From contig OX597831.1 in NCBI GenBank assembly GCA_951406725.2, positions 79,732,001 to 79,796,000 of the forward strand: DNA of 64,000 nucleotides, in the 5' to 3' direction. The stretch's first letter is position 1, and the number at the start of each line of letters is the position of its first letter. Shown piece by piece: positions 1-14,336 of the stretch. The stretch is from Octopus vulgaris (Eukaryota). The position numbers and the translations under genes were made by a program. The notes beneath the pieces are model-generated. The model made no database searches and had not been told where the DNA came from. It saw nothing but the letters and a program-made list of their open reading frames with translations.

Positions 1-426
1 ACTACAACTACCACCACCACTACTGCTGTTATTACCACCACAACCACAACAACAGCTACTACTACTACTACTACTACTACTAGTACTGCTATTAATACCA
101 CCACAACCACTACTACCACTACTGCTATTACTACCACCACAACCACAACTACTACCCTAACCCCGGCCATCACAAAAAACACGGGATCCTCTACCTACAC
201 GATTACCCGACTTGCTAGAAATACCAACCAAATATTTCTGAAACACTCTATCTAGCTATCTGCCTGCCTGTCTGTCTGTCCCTCTGTCTCTCTATTTATT
301 TGCCTGGCTATCTATCTATGTCTGTCTGCCTGGCTGACTATTGTCTACCTCTCTTTCTATCTACTAGATCATCTATCAATATTTCTTTGTCTTTCTACCT
401 ATCTACCTATCTATGTCAACCAATGT

Positions 427-803
427 GGAGTTGCAATGGCCCGGTGGTTAGGGCAGCGGACACGCGGTCGTAGGATCACAGTTTCGATTCCCAAACCGGA
501 CGCTGTGAGTGTTTATTGAGTGAAAACACCTAAAGCTCCACGAAGCGGAAGCAGGGGATGGTGGTGATCCCTGCTGTAGTCTTTCACCACAATTTTCTCT
601 CACTCTTTCTTCCTGTTTCTGTTGTACCTGTATTTCAAAGGGCCAGCCTTGGCACACACTATCACGCTGAATCTCCTCTAGAGCTACATTAAGGGTACAC
701 GTGTCTGCGGAATGCTCAGCCACTTGCACATTAATTTCACGTGCAGGCTGTTGTTGATCGGATCAAATGGAACCCTCGTCGTCGCAACCGGCGGAGTGCC
801 ACG
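427..803 (+). mobile_element. tRNA(Arg)-derived SINE (octopus OR-like family)
   Basis: tRNA-like head with A box (TGGCCCGGTGG), anticodon-like arm (GCGGAC-ACG-CGGTCGT) and B box (GTTTCGATTCCC), followed by about 300 bp of non-tRNA body. It sits inside (TATC)n repeats. Confidence 0.8.
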
Positions 804-823
804 ACGATATGTATGTATGTATG

Positions 824-871
<48 letters not shown>

Positions 872-1260
872 AATGATAGCTAGCTAATTGATAAAATGCA
901 TCAAATAACAACGACAAGAAAGGATAGTCACGGCTGGAACAACTTTTGATCATAGACCTAGTTTGATCGGAGGTAACCTTGGCCAACCAGCCACCCAATC
1001 CGGCAGCCTCCCACCAGCCACCCTGCAAGTCACTCAGCAACCGCTCGTCCGACCATCCGTCCGACCGACCATCCAGCCAGTCCTCTACAGCCGTCGTACA
1101 CAGCAGCCATTAGTTTTACGGTGTCAATCCAGTAAAAAGATAGCACTGCCGCCATCATCAGTTGCGAAAAAGACAAAGGTCATCCGTTTACGGAGCGAAA
1201 GCGAGGAGTGTTTGACTCTGGAGCTCACCCTACACCCTCCCTCAACACTCCATACACCTT

Positions 1261-1308
<48 letters not shown>

Positions 1309-1664
1309 ATTATACACACATACACATACACAAATACAAACGCGCAGAAAACATTCATTCGGGTTTTCTATTGGTTGTTTTCTTTCCCTCCGTCATTTTT
1401 CTTTGCCTTTCCTTTTTCTTTTCTTCCACCGCTTCCCATTTACAACCAACAACAACACCAACCCCAACCAACACAACCACCACCATCACTACTACTGCCA
1501 CCATCACCACCACCACTACTACTATTTTTAGCATTACTAACTACCACTTCTACTACTGCCGCTACTACAACTGCTACAACTTTTACTACAACCATTTTTT
1601 ACTACTACTACTACTACTACCACCACCACCATTATTACGACTACTACTACTAATAATAATAATC

Positions 1665-1874
1665 CTTTCTGCTGCAGGCACAAAGCCTGGAATTTTTGGG
1701 GGGGAGGGGACTAGTCGATCACATCGACCCCAGTGTTTCACTGGAACTTTATTTATCGACCCCGAGAGGATGAAAGGCAAAGTCGACCTCGGCGGAATTT
1801 GAACTTAGAATGTAGTGACGCACGAAATAATAGCATTTCGTCCAGCGTGCGAAAGATTCTGCCAGCTCGCTGCC

Positions 1875-1937
<63 letters not shown>

Positions 1938-2850
1938 TTTTCTACTCTAGTCATAAATCCCGAAATTTTGGGGGATGAGGGTCAGTCGATTAGATCGACC
2001 TCAGTATGCAACTGGTACTTAATCTATCGACGTCGAAAGGATGAAAGGCAAAGCCGACTTCGGCGGAGTTTGAACTCAGAACATGAAGACAGACGAAATA
2101 CCACAAAGCATTTCGCCCGGCGTGCTAGCGTTTCTGCCAGCTCCCACCGTCTTCCAATGATGAAATATTAAACAATACCAAATTGTCAAAAGTGGGAAGT
2201 TCCTCTCTGGGGCAACCAAGGAATCGTTTCTACTAAAGGCCTGAAAGTTTTAGCCTAAAAATGTTTGGGCAGGTGGTCAGTCGATTACATCGACCCTAGT
2301 GCTTAATTGGCTCTTATTTTATCGAACCCGAAAGGATGAAAGACGAAGTGGACTTCGGCTGAATTTGAACATAGAACCCAAAAACGGACGAAAGATTGCT
2401 GAAACATTTTGTCAAACGCGGTAACAATGTCGCCAGTTCTCCGCTTTAATTGTAATAGTAATTATAATCCGTTCTACTATAAGCACAAGGCCTGCAAAGT
2501 GGGGGAGGGTACTGGCTGGTTACATCGACCCCAGTGTTTTACTGGTACTTAATTTATCGACCCCGGAAAGATGGAAGGCAAAGTCGACCTCAGGGAATAA
2601 TAATGGGGACCAGGCCTGAATAATAATAATTCTTTCTACTATAGGGACAAGGCCTGAAATTTTTTTTAGGGGGAGTGAGGCTGGGGTAGTTGATTTCCTC
2701 GACCCCAGTACTTAGCTGGTATTCTATTTTATCGACCCCGAAAAGATGAAAAGCAAAGTCGACGTCTGCGGAATTTGAACTCATTACGTGAAGACGGACA
2801 GAATACCGCTAAGCATTTTGTCCGGCACGGTAACTATTCTGCTAGCCCGC
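1665..2850 (-). mobile_element. Head-to-tail array of about 5 MetaSINE-like tRNA SINEs with the (ATT)n-ending tail
   Basis: Repeated core GCCTTTCATCCTTTCGGGGTCGATAAA..AGTACCAG on the minus strand at about 1665-1876, 1938-2150, 2225-2446, 2468-2591 and 2632-2850, separated by (TAA)n. The Meta-domain assignment is from recall. Confidence 0.85.
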
Positions 2851-3632
2851 ACTAACACTATCATTGCCAACACCACCACCACCACCAACATCACCACCAC
2901 GACTAACACATACCACCACCGCCACCGTTATTATCAAACTACTGCAAATATCGTAAACCGTAAATAACACAGCCATCATCTCTAATGGCATCACCACCAC
3001 CACCATCACCACTACTACCACCATCACCACCACCAAAGCCATCACCATCGCCAATACCACCACCATCACCACCAATATTAACACCACCACCACCGCCAGA
3101 ATTACCCCTACTCTACGAGCAAAAACAAGACTACCACTAACACTAGCGCCAACACCACTAACCGTCGTTCTCCTCTACAACAACCAAACACAACAACCAC
3201 AGCAACAATAACAGAAATACCATTACGTTGACTGACTGACTGTAAAACACACAAGAGAGATTTATAAAAAAAAACAGAAAAGAAAAGAAAAAATGAAAAA
3301 ATAATACAAATAAGCAAAAATAAATTTATAAACAAATAGCAATAAAATGAAACGAAAGTGGAGGGGTCTCCCCTTATAGCAGCCATTTTTTATGTCGTTG
3401 TTTTATTACGATTTTATGTCTCATCCGTGTTTTACGCCATATTTTTTTGTTCGTGCTATTGTATTTCTTCCTATAGTTTTGTTTTAGAGTTTCCGTATTT
3501 ACATTTTATTCTTTTTGCTATTATTATCAGCATTTTCTTACCGTTTTTCTTGTTGTATTTTTATTCTGTAGCTACATTTGTTGTTCTTCTTCTTTTTCTT
3601 CTTGCCCATTTTACTTCGTGGTTTATTTTATT

Positions 3633-3683
<51 letters not shown>

Positions 3684-3974
3684 TATTTGTGTGTGTTATA
3701 TTTTAACGTTGATTTCTTCTTTTTTTTTTCTTTATTTCCCGTTTTTTTTTTTGGTCACTTATTGTCTTTTAATGTTTGTTTGTTTTAGGTACGTCTGGAG
3801 CGCCGCTGTCGGGCTCTGAAGTAGTTAGAAAAACGCTAAAATGTCACCATTATTCTCTTCTCCAACCTGAAAATTGGTTAAAAACGGGAAAATCTTTGAG
3901 CAAAGCCTGGCTTGGAAATAGATTGCTCCGTGCGTGTGAATTACGTGGATAATTAAATGATTTCTATGTTAATT

Positions 3975-3984
3975 TAATGTGTGA

Positions 3985-4048
<64 letters not shown>

Positions 4049-4056
4049 ATATATAC

Positions 4057-4106
<50 letters not shown>

Positions 4107-4729
4107 ACATGTACATACATGTGTGTGTATATATATATGACTGTATGTGTATGAATGTGCGTAGAGATTGTGTGTGTGTGTATGTTTGTGCATGCGAACA
4201 TATACTTACACATAAACACAAACTTACGCATGGGTGTATACATATGACTGTATTTTTGCATGTATATATTTATATAGTATATATATGTATATATTTATAT
4301 AGTATGTACATATTTATATAGTATATCTATATATGTTTTTATATATATATGTGTGTGTGTATTTATGCGCATATTCGTTTCTAAGTATATGTTAATGCTT
4401 ATATAAATGAGCAAAGGTGTGCCTATATGAATACATGTGTACGGGCACCCATGTGTGTATATCAATATATCCGTATACATGATATCCATATACAAAAGTA
4501 TCTATATTTCTGTGTGGATATATTTACAAATATATTATTGTATATATGTACAAATGTTTATACGTTCGTCGGTGTGTATGGCAGTGAGTGTAGATATGTT
4601 AGTTCAACAGAATGTCTATGTGTGTATGTAGAGATGCATGCGTATATATGATTATGTCCACTGATTAACGTGATATATATATATACATATATATACATAT
4701 ATACCTATATATTTATTATATATATTACA

Positions 4730-4781
<52 letters not shown>

Positions 4782-4986
4782 ATTATATATATTATATACA
4801 TATTATATATATTATATATAAATATATATTACATTTATATATGTGTGTGTGTATATATATATATATACACACACGCACTCATACACCCTATATGCTTGTA
4901 TATACACATACAAATGTGTTTCTGTATTTATATATATTTGTGTATATATTTATATTTATATGTATGCGTCTATACATGTATCTGTG

Positions 4987-5056
<70 letters not shown>

Positions 5057-5185
5057 CATATGTATGTATATATACATATATATATGTAGGTATATATATA
5101 TATATATGCATATATATATGTATGTGTGTATATATATATACACATATACATGTATGTATATGCGTATATATATATGTATGTATAC

Positions 5186-5217
<32 letters not shown>

Positions 5218-5470
5218 CTGTGTGTGTGTGTGTATGTATGTATCTATGTGTATATGTATATATTACTTTTCAATGTTAGTATTTCTGTTTCGCATATGCG
5301 TATATTTACGTTTGGGTGTGTCTATGTATATTTGCGTGTACGTATGTGTTTGTATCCATTGGTGCGTGTTTATGTGTGTGAGTGTGTATGTTTGTGAGTG
5401 TATGTGTGTGTATGTGTATATGTGTGTGTGTGTGTGTGAGTATGTGCGTGTGTGTGTGTGTGTGTGGCAT
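3975..5470. repeat. Compound (TA)n/(TG)n/(TATG)n microsatellite field
   Basis: Directly visible dinucleotide runs; source of the YIYI/CVCV ORFs. Confidence 0.95.
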
Positions 5471-5601
5471 GTAAATATGTGATAAACTTTGCGACTATTT
5501 TAATTCCTCTGTAATGAGCAATCTTGTAGTAATAAAATTGTTAAAGGTGGCAAATGGAGGAGAGAGAGCCTGATGTGGTGGCGGCGGCGGTGGTGTTGGT
5601 G

Positions 5602-5633
<32 letters not shown>

Positions 5634-5782
5634 GGTGGTAGTGAAGGAGATGCTTGGTAATGTGGTGGTGTTTTTGTTGTCGTTGTTGTTGTTGGTGGTG
5701 GTGGTGGTGGTGGTGGTGGTGGTGTGGTGGTGGTGGTGGTGGTGATGGTGGTGGTGGTGATGGTGGTGGCGGCGGCGGCGAT

Positions 5783-5814
<32 letters not shown>

Positions 5815-6451
5815 TGGTGGAGTTAGTGATTTAACACTAAGATACGAAGAAGAAAAATCAAAAAGAAATGATCTTTACCAAAAAAAATTCAATGATAAAA
5901 GGACAGAATGGCAGCAACAATAACAACATCAATGTTTTCTGTTATTAGCCAGAGGGGCATAGGTCGGTGGTGGGGGGCATCAGAAGGCGAAGGAACGATT
6001 TGCGTGAGGATTTACATAATGAATGGAGGGAGGGAAAAGAAATGGAAAAGATAATGAAATGCAATAAAAGTGTGCTTAATGCACATGGGTATGTGATAAT
6101 ATCAATGATGCAGTCCTCACAATACAAAAGAAACTCCAACGAGGGCCATTCAAAGAACTTCAAAGATCCTGGGTTACTCTGATCACCAATATCGCGAGTC
6201 CTATCCCAACTGTTACTCTACTATCTACAGGCGCAAATGATGGTAAGAATAATAATAGATATTGTTATTTCAAATATTTACCACAAGGGCAGGTTGAGAG
6301 AGATGGGAGATGAGTCAATTACATCGACCCCAGGGCGTAACTGGTATTTGTTTTATCGACCTCGAAAGGATAGAAGGCAAAGTCGACCTCGTTGGAATTT
6401 GACCTCAGAATATAAAGACGAACGAAATAATAGCGTTAAGCATTTTAAACA

Positions 6452-6648
6452 GAAGAAGAAGAAGAAGAAGAAGAAGAAGAAGAAGAAGAAGAAGAAGAAG
6501 AAGAAGAAGAACAAGAACAAGAACAAGAACAAGAAGAAAAAGGAGAAGAAGAAGAAGAAGAAGAAGAAGAAGAAGAAGAAGAAGAAGAAGAAGAAGAAGA
6601 AGAAGAAGAAGAAGAAGAAGAAGAAGAAGAAGAAGAAGAAGAAGAAGA
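6452..6648. repeat. (GAA)n microsatellite, 5' flank of the R4-like LINE
   Basis: Near-pure GAA run with a few GAACAA variants. Confidence 0.95.
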
Positions 6649-6649
6649 A

Positions 6650-9044
6650 ATGGGAGACAATAGGAGTAGATGGGCTAAGATGTGTTCTTAGAAAGTTTTA
6701 CAAATGGAGAACCCCCAATGACTGGTCCGGGTCCCTAACTTCTGGCTGAATTGTTTGACAGAAGTACACCAACATTTTGCTGCATCCCTAACTGATGTCA
6801 TCTAGAACCCAGAGTAAATACCTACCTGGCTGACCGAAGGAACAACATACATTCTACCAAAAACTGAAGACACGAAAAATCCAAAGAACTACCGACCAAT
6901 AATGTGTCTTAACACCACCCACAACATCCTCACATCGATACTAACTGAAAGGATACACAGCTCCTATGGACAGAGCTCTATCCTTCCACAATCTCAAAAA
7001 GATTGTAAAAGGAATTTTTTACGGATGCAAAGATCAATTACTCATAAATAAGATGATTGTAAAGAATTGCCGGAGCAAAAAGAAGAAAACGAGAATGGCG
7101 TGGGTAGACTTCAGGAAAGCGTTTGGCAGTGTCCCACAAAACCGGCTAGTCAAGGCCTTTGAAGTATGTAAGATCTGTCCTGTAGTCTCCAAATTCTTAG
7201 AAAGTAGCATGGCTAAGTGGAATACACGTCTTCTTCCACACTATAGTAATGGAATGAGACAGTCATCATTAACAACATCAACATCAAACGAGGCATCTTT
7301 CAAGGTGACTCCCTCTCCCCATAACTCTTTTGCATGGCACTGATCCCACTCTCAAACGAACTGAGTGACACCAGGTATGGGTTCAAAGTGTATAGTATTA
7401 TAGTAAACCATCTGTTTTATATGGACGATCTGAAGCTGTTTGCTAGAAATAACGAACAGTTAGAGATTGATTTTGGCCTTGATAAGTGTACTAAAGCAAC
7501 TTTTGTAAGAGCCAAGCTCAGGCAAACAACTTCCATTAAATCAGATACCGATACTACTAACAAAGAGCTTGATCCACAAGAAAACTACAAATACCTGGGG
7601 ATAAACGAAGGTGACGGAATACAACATGCTACTATGAAGGCATAAATATGAAAGGAGTATTATAAAAAAGAATACGACTCATACTTAAAAAATGAACTCG
7701 TCTCTAAAACTCGCATCGAAGCCATTAACACCCTAGCACTTCCAGTAGTCCAATACAGTTTTAACATCATTAACTGGAATCTTACAGATATCCAATGCCT
7801 CGACAGGATGACAAGAAAACTACTAACATCTAAGAAGAACATGCACCACCCAAAAGCAGACGCTGGTCGTCTGTAACTACCGAGAAGTAATGGGGGAAGA
7901 AGAATATTGCAGGAAGAATTGTACTATACGACCTCCACAATAGCAATGAACAAGTACTTATCTAGTACAGAGGACGGGGAACTGCGGCTGCTTGGGTGCA
8001 AACACGAAAGCAGCATAAAATCACATTCTATTGTCGAGGAAGCTTTCAAATTCGCAAAGGAACTCGGCATTAATCTTGAATTAGACGAAGAACCAGAAAT
8101 CCCTTCCACAAATCAAGCAAAACAGATCAAGCAGACTGAAAAAAAGAAGAGGCAGAGCCAGATTGAGGTAGGATGGAGCCAGAAGCCTCTACATGGACAG
8201 TCCATTCTTCGAAGTCGAAATGTTGATGCAGACCAAGCAACAACCCATCAGTGGCTGAGAAGTTCAGGACTTGGAGCGGAGACTGAAGGTTTCATATTGG
8301 TGACACAAAAACTACCAGGCTAACGTTCTTCAAAACGGTTTTGACTCTAAATGCAGAATAGACCATCTCGACTCCGGATGTCCTGTGCTAACACCAAACG
8401 AACATGAGAATCGCCACGATAGGGTAGAACAGTATTTACATGGGAAAATAAGTAAACACTGCAAAACATATAAAAATATTTTTGCTTACTGGTCAGAACA
8501 TCAACTTGAGCCAGTCGTTGAAGGTAAAAATGTCACTATCCTCTGGCATTTTTCAGCTAACACCGACAGACCAATCCAGGCTAATCGACCAGACATAGTC
8601 ACAAGAAACGGAAAAGAAAATACTTGTAGACTAATAGATGTAAGTGTTCACTCTGATAAAAGTATGTCTGTAAAGGGATTTGACAAATCAAGTAAATATA
8701 AGGACCTGGAAATTGAAATACAAAAGATGTGGCATCTTAAAGCGAGAACTGTTCTTGTTATTATGGGTGCCCTGGGTATAAGAAGGGGATGTCAGAAATA
8801 TCTAGATAAAATCCCAGGAGAACCATGTCTCAGAGAAATCCAGACGATTGTGCTGACAAGTACTGCCCACCATCCTTAGAAAAACCCTGTCAATTTAAAT
8901 ATTTGTGAAGATATTTCGCTACTGCCCCTGCCACTTCCCCTCCACAAGTTTTCAGTCATACTGTAACATCTCTTATTCTTCACTCACCCTAGTATGCTGG
9001 GTGTGACTCGGTAAATGATTGTAACAAACATGCATATTAAAATT
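6650..9044 (+). mobile_element. 5'-truncated, degenerate R4/Dong-clade non-LTR retrotransposon (RT + restriction-like endonuclease)
   Basis: Frameshifted ORF pieces carry RT motifs (AWVDFRKAF, FYMDDLKLFA at about 7415-7443, YKYLG), HQWLRSSGL..ETEG, RHD, RPDIV, KYKDLEIEI and VIMGALG. The 3' UTR ends at 9044 directly into (GAA)n. Confidence 0.92.
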
Positions 9045-9235
9045 GAAGAAGAAGACGAAGAAGAAGAAGAAGAAGAAGAAGAAGAAGAAGAAGAAGAAGA
9101 AGACGAAGAAGAAGAAGAAGAAGAAGAAGAAGAAGAAGAAGAAGAAGAAGAAGAAGAAGAAGAAGAAGAAGAAGAAGAAGAAGAAGAAGAAGAAGAAGAA
9201 GAAGAAGAAGAAGAAGAAGAAGAAGAAGAAGAAGA
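9045..9235. repeat. (GAA)n microsatellite between two LINE 3' ends
   Basis: Near-pure GAA run. Confidence 0.95.
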
Positions 9236-9660
9236 ATTTCTTTATTAGCCAGAGGGGTATGTATACATAAGGAGGATATAACAGGGACAGACAACAATTT
9301 GTGTGGCGATTTACACACAGGATGGAAAGAAGGAAATAGAAAAATTCGGCGAAATACACAAAGTATGTGATAGCAGGAATGAAGCGGATCTCCTGATACA
9401 GGAGACTCTCCAACCAGGGCCATTCAAAGATCTCTTCAAATCCAAGATTACCCTGTCGGCCAAGGGTATGAGCCCTCTCTCCTGCTCACCTGTCAAGTAG
9501 CACCATTCATTCTAACCATTTTTGACACAATCACCCAGCTTTTTTCACAAATTCTTAGGCAGGTAGGACTTAACTCTCCACCCTTGATTTCCTTTCTATG
9601 AGAAACTTTAAAATAATCGATAAGGGCTGATCGAAGAGAGGGGAGCCTTTCCTCCAATGG
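9236..9660 (-). mobile_element. Tx1/L1-clade LINE 3' end fragment abutting (TTC)n
   Basis: Minus strand encodes frameshifted SALIDYFK/FLIERKSRVE..EKSWVIVSKMVRM, alignable by eye to the C-termini of the ORFs at 52702 and 58553. It ends ...CCCTCTGGCTAATAAAGAAA then (TTC)n. Confidence 0.7.
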
Positions 9661-9759
9661 CTTCACAACTGAGGAAAGCCAATAATGGCAATCCCTACAA
9701 CACGGACAACAACAACCATTACAAGAAGACCGGCATCACCAACGACAATAAGACAACAA

Positions 9760-10910
9760 TTACATCACCGCCTCCATCACCACCATCATCACCATCATCA
9801 TCAACATTATCATCATCATCACCACCATCATCACCATCATCATCAACATTATCATCATCATCAGCATCATCGTTATCATCATCATCTTCATCGTCATTGT
9901 CGCCGTCGTCACCTCCATCATCCTCATTGTCATCATCATCGTCAACATCATCGTTGTTATCAACTTCATCCTCCTCCTCATCATCATGATCGCCACCGTC
10001 GCCATCATCAGCATCATCGTTATCCATTATCTTCATCAATTTCATCATCGTCATAATCGTCGTCGTCGTCGTCACTATCACCACTACCACCACCACCACT
10101 ACCACCACTATCACTACCACCAACACCACTACCACTAACACCACTACCACCACCATCACTACCACCGACACCACTACCACCACCACCACACCACCACCAC
10201 ACTACCACCAACACCATCACTACCACTAACACCACTACCACCACCATCACTACCACCAACACCACTACCACCACCACCACTACCACCACCATCACTACCA
10301 CCAACACCATCACTACCACTAACACCACTACCACTACCATCACTACAACCAACACCACTACCACTAACACCACTACCACCACCATCACTACCACCAACAC
10401 CATCACTACCACTAACACCACTACCACCACCATCACTACCACCAACACCACCACCACCACACCACCGACACCACCACCACCACTACCACCACCATCACTA
10501 CCACCAACACCATCACTACCACTAACACCACTACCACCACCATCACTACCACCAACACCACTACCACCACCACCACTACCACCACCATCACTACCACCGA
10601 CACCATCACTACCACTAACACCACTACCACTACCATCACTACAACCAACACCACTACCACTAACACCACAACCACCAACACAACACTACCACCACCACCA
10701 CTACCACCACCATCACTACCACCGACACCATCACTACCACTAACACCACTACCACTACCATCACTACAACCAACACCACTACCACTAACACCACTACCAC
10801 CACCATCACTACAACCAAGACCATCACTACCACTAACACCACTACCACTACCATCACTACAACCAACACCACTACCACTAACACCACAACCACCAACACC
10901 ACTACCACCA
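9760..10910. repeat. Compound (CAT)n/(CAC)n/(ACT)n repeat with higher-order reiteration
   Basis: Recurrent blocks such as ACCAACACCATCACTACCACTAACACCACT between about 10075 and 10910. Confidence 0.9.
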
Positions 10911-11119
10911 CTTCCCTCAACAACAACAACAACAATTACGACGACATAGCTAACAACGTAGTTTATGGTTTCTAATAGGAAGAGATGTCAGCTGTATATT
11001 TTAGGGGTCAAAAAAGGGAGAAAGGGGATGGGCAGGGATGGCGAAATTGTTATGTGTGGGGGGATGGGATTATTTATGGCGATCGGGAGAAAGGAGAAAG
11101 AGAAGAGAAAGAGATGGGA

Positions 11120-11800
11120 ACAGAAGAAGAAGAAGACGAAGAAGAAGAAAAAGAAGAAGAAGAAGAAGAAGAAGAAGAAGAAGAAGAAAACGAAGAAGAA
11201 GAAAACGAAGAAGAAGAAGAAGAAGAAGAAGAAGAAGAAGAAAACGAAGAAGAAGAAGAAGAAGAAGAAAAAGAAGAAGAAGAAGAAAACGAAGAAGAAG
11301 AAGAAGAAAAAGAAGAAGAAGAAAACGAAGAAGAGGAGAAGAAGAAGAAGAAGAAAAAGAAGAAGAAGAAAACGAAGAAGAAGAAGAAGAAAAAGAAGAA
11401 GAAGAAGAGGAAGAAGAAGAAAACGAAAAGGAAGAAGTAGAAGAAGAAGAAGAAGGAAAAGAAAAAGAAGAAGAAGAAGAAGAAGAAGAAGAAGAAGAAG
11501 AAGAAGAAGAAGAAGAAGAAAACGAAGAAGAAGAAGAAGAAGAAGAAGAAGAAGAAGAAGAAGAAGAAGAAGAAGAAGAAGAAGAAGAAGAAGGAGAAAA
11601 CGAAGATGATGATGATGATGATGATGAAGGAGATGAGGAAGAGAGAAGGAAGAAGAACAACAACAATAACAAAAAGAAGTAGAAGTAGAAGTAGAAGATG
11701 ATGAAGAAGAAGAAGAAGAAGAAGAAGAAGAAGAAGAAGAAGAAGAAGAAGAAGAAGAAGAAGAAGAAGAAGAAGAAGAAGAAGAAGAAGAAGAAGAAGA
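11120..11800. repeat. (GAA)n field with periodic GAAAAC variants
   Basis: Direct reading; explains the poly-K/E/R ORFs. Confidence 0.95.
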
Positions 11801-12836
11801 ATATGATGACGATGATTGTGACACATACACACACACACACACACATACATACACACACACTTATTCCACACAATTTTCGGGCAGAATCAGTGCACAGTGT
11901 AACACAATATAACACAATTGTGCCGTTTTACATAACAAGCACAACCCACCGGACAGGCTTCCCAACAGTTTCCATCTAACCAATTTCACTCAAATGTCTG
12001 CGCTTAATTAATTCTAAGACAGAACTTACACGACACATCACGTGACAGTTCAGTGCTTTTTTTTTCTTTGTTACGTGTGGCCGTATAAATAAATAGAAGA
12101 GATTTGCCCGAGATTCTCCGAGGTGAGATCGAACCATGGGCCTCGATGTTGCAAAGCAAACTTCCTACCCATTCAACTATGCTACAATAACTGAAGAATT
12201 CTATTTGCACGATTAAAACGAAATGAATAAAATGGTACAAGCGAATCTGTTCCCCGTTAGTTCCTTAATAATGTGAATATATTCTTTTCTACACAAGGCA
12301 CAAGGCAAAAGGCCCAATATTAGATCAACCACAGTACACAACTGGTATTTAATTTATCGACCCCGAAAGGATCAAAGGCAAAGTGGGCCTCGGCGATGTG
12401 AATATATTGAATTTTTATGTAATTGGTTAATTGCTGCCATGAAGTATTGACGTCTCATCATGGTAACATAGCCATCTTGGATCACTGGAATCGAATGCTC
12501 GATTTTCGGCTAAATTTTGCTGATTCTTTACAGAGAATTTTCAAAACAACAAATGCCAAGTGTATGCAGTTAAGCGAAACTGAATTTAAATCAATATGCT
12601 ATTAACCGACTGGTTTTAAATACAATTGATGCAAAGAGTTTGACGTTTCAAAAAAATATGCGAATAAACAGATTATGCAATTAAAGGGAAATAGCTATAC
12701 CTATGGCTGAGTGGCTGGCTGGCTAGATGGATGGATGGATGGATGGATATGTGCGTTTGTCCGTCAGTGTGCAAACACACACACACGCACATACACTCAT
12801 AGAGGCATGTATGTAAGTATATATATATATATACAC

Positions 12837-12890
<54 letters not shown>

Positions 12891-13225
12891 CTAGAAATAT
12901 ACACATATATACAAATATACACACATATATATATGTGAGTGTTTGTGAACGTGTATGTAAATATACTTATATAAGTGTGTGTATGTATGTATGCACGTAT
13001 TTATGTATGCATGTATGAATGTATGTATGTATAAATGTATGTGTTTATACATGTATAGTGTAGTATGTATGCATGTGTGTATGCACGTATGTATGTATGT
13101 ATGTATGTATGTATGTATGTATGTATGCACGTATGTATATATGTATATGTATGTGTGTATGTATGTATGTATACAAGTATGTATGTATGTATGTATGCAA
13201 GTATGCAAGTATGTATGTATGTATG

Positions 13226-13287
<62 letters not shown>

Positions 13288-13667
13288 TGTATGTACGTAT
13301 GTATTTTTATGCTTGTCCTTCCGATATATCACGGAGACAGGTCTACACCCCTGTCTTCCAGAATAGTCGACTTTGATTTGCATTTAACAGCGTCTCACAT
13401 ATTTATCGCTGATCTAAGAGGTACTAAAACGAACGGCGGCGGGAGGCGGCGGGAGGCGGCGGGAGGCGGCGGAGGCGGCGGCGGCGGTGGTGGTGGCGGC
13501 GGTGGTGGTGGTGGTGGTGGTGGTGGTGGTGGTGGTGGTGGTAAGGCGGGGTGAGGGAAAAGAGATGTTGAGGTGGTTTGGCGGGAAACGTCAACGAAGA
13601 TGGCGGCGCTGACCATCACCAGAGGGAAAGACGACGACGACGATGATGATGATGATGGTGGTGATGG

Positions 13668-13741
<74 letters not shown>

Positions 13742-14211
13742 ATGATGATGATGATGATGATGATGATGGTAAGGGTGAGGAGGAGGAAGACGAAGACGAG
13801 GAGGAAAAGATGAAGGAAGAGTTGGTGGAAGAGGAAGATGAAGATAGGAGAAAGGGGAAGGGAGGAAGGAGGGGAGGAAGGGGAGTGGAGGGGAATAGGA
13901 GAAAAGAAGGAAGAGGAGGAGACAGGTGATGTGAGGATGAGGAGGGGGAGAAGCATAAAGAGGGGGAAAGGGGAGGAAGTGAAGGAATAGAACGAGGAGG
14001 AGTAGGAGGCTGAGGAGTTGGAGAAGAAGAAAAAGAAGAAGAAGAAGATGAGGAGGAGGAGAGAGAAGAGGTATGCAGTTGTGATGCTGATGAAGCCAAC
14101 TCCAATGGCGATTACGAAGTCATTTAAAGGTGCTAAAATTGAATTGAGAAATTGGAAGACGGGGATTCACACATGTACAGAGAGATACATACATACATAC
14201 ATACATATAAA

Positions 14212-14242
<31 letters not shown>

Positions 14243-14276
14243 TATATATATATACATATATATATATATACATATA

Positions 14277-14336
<60 letters not shown>

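Noticed and set aside
427-500. tRNA gene (also 24437 and 46900)
   Set aside because: No closed acceptor stem or terminator, and the sequence continues into SINE bodies.
1665-2850. CRISPR-like regularly spaced repeats
   Set aside because: Units are about 200-bp diverged SINE copies with no unique spacers or cas genes, in a eukaryotic context.
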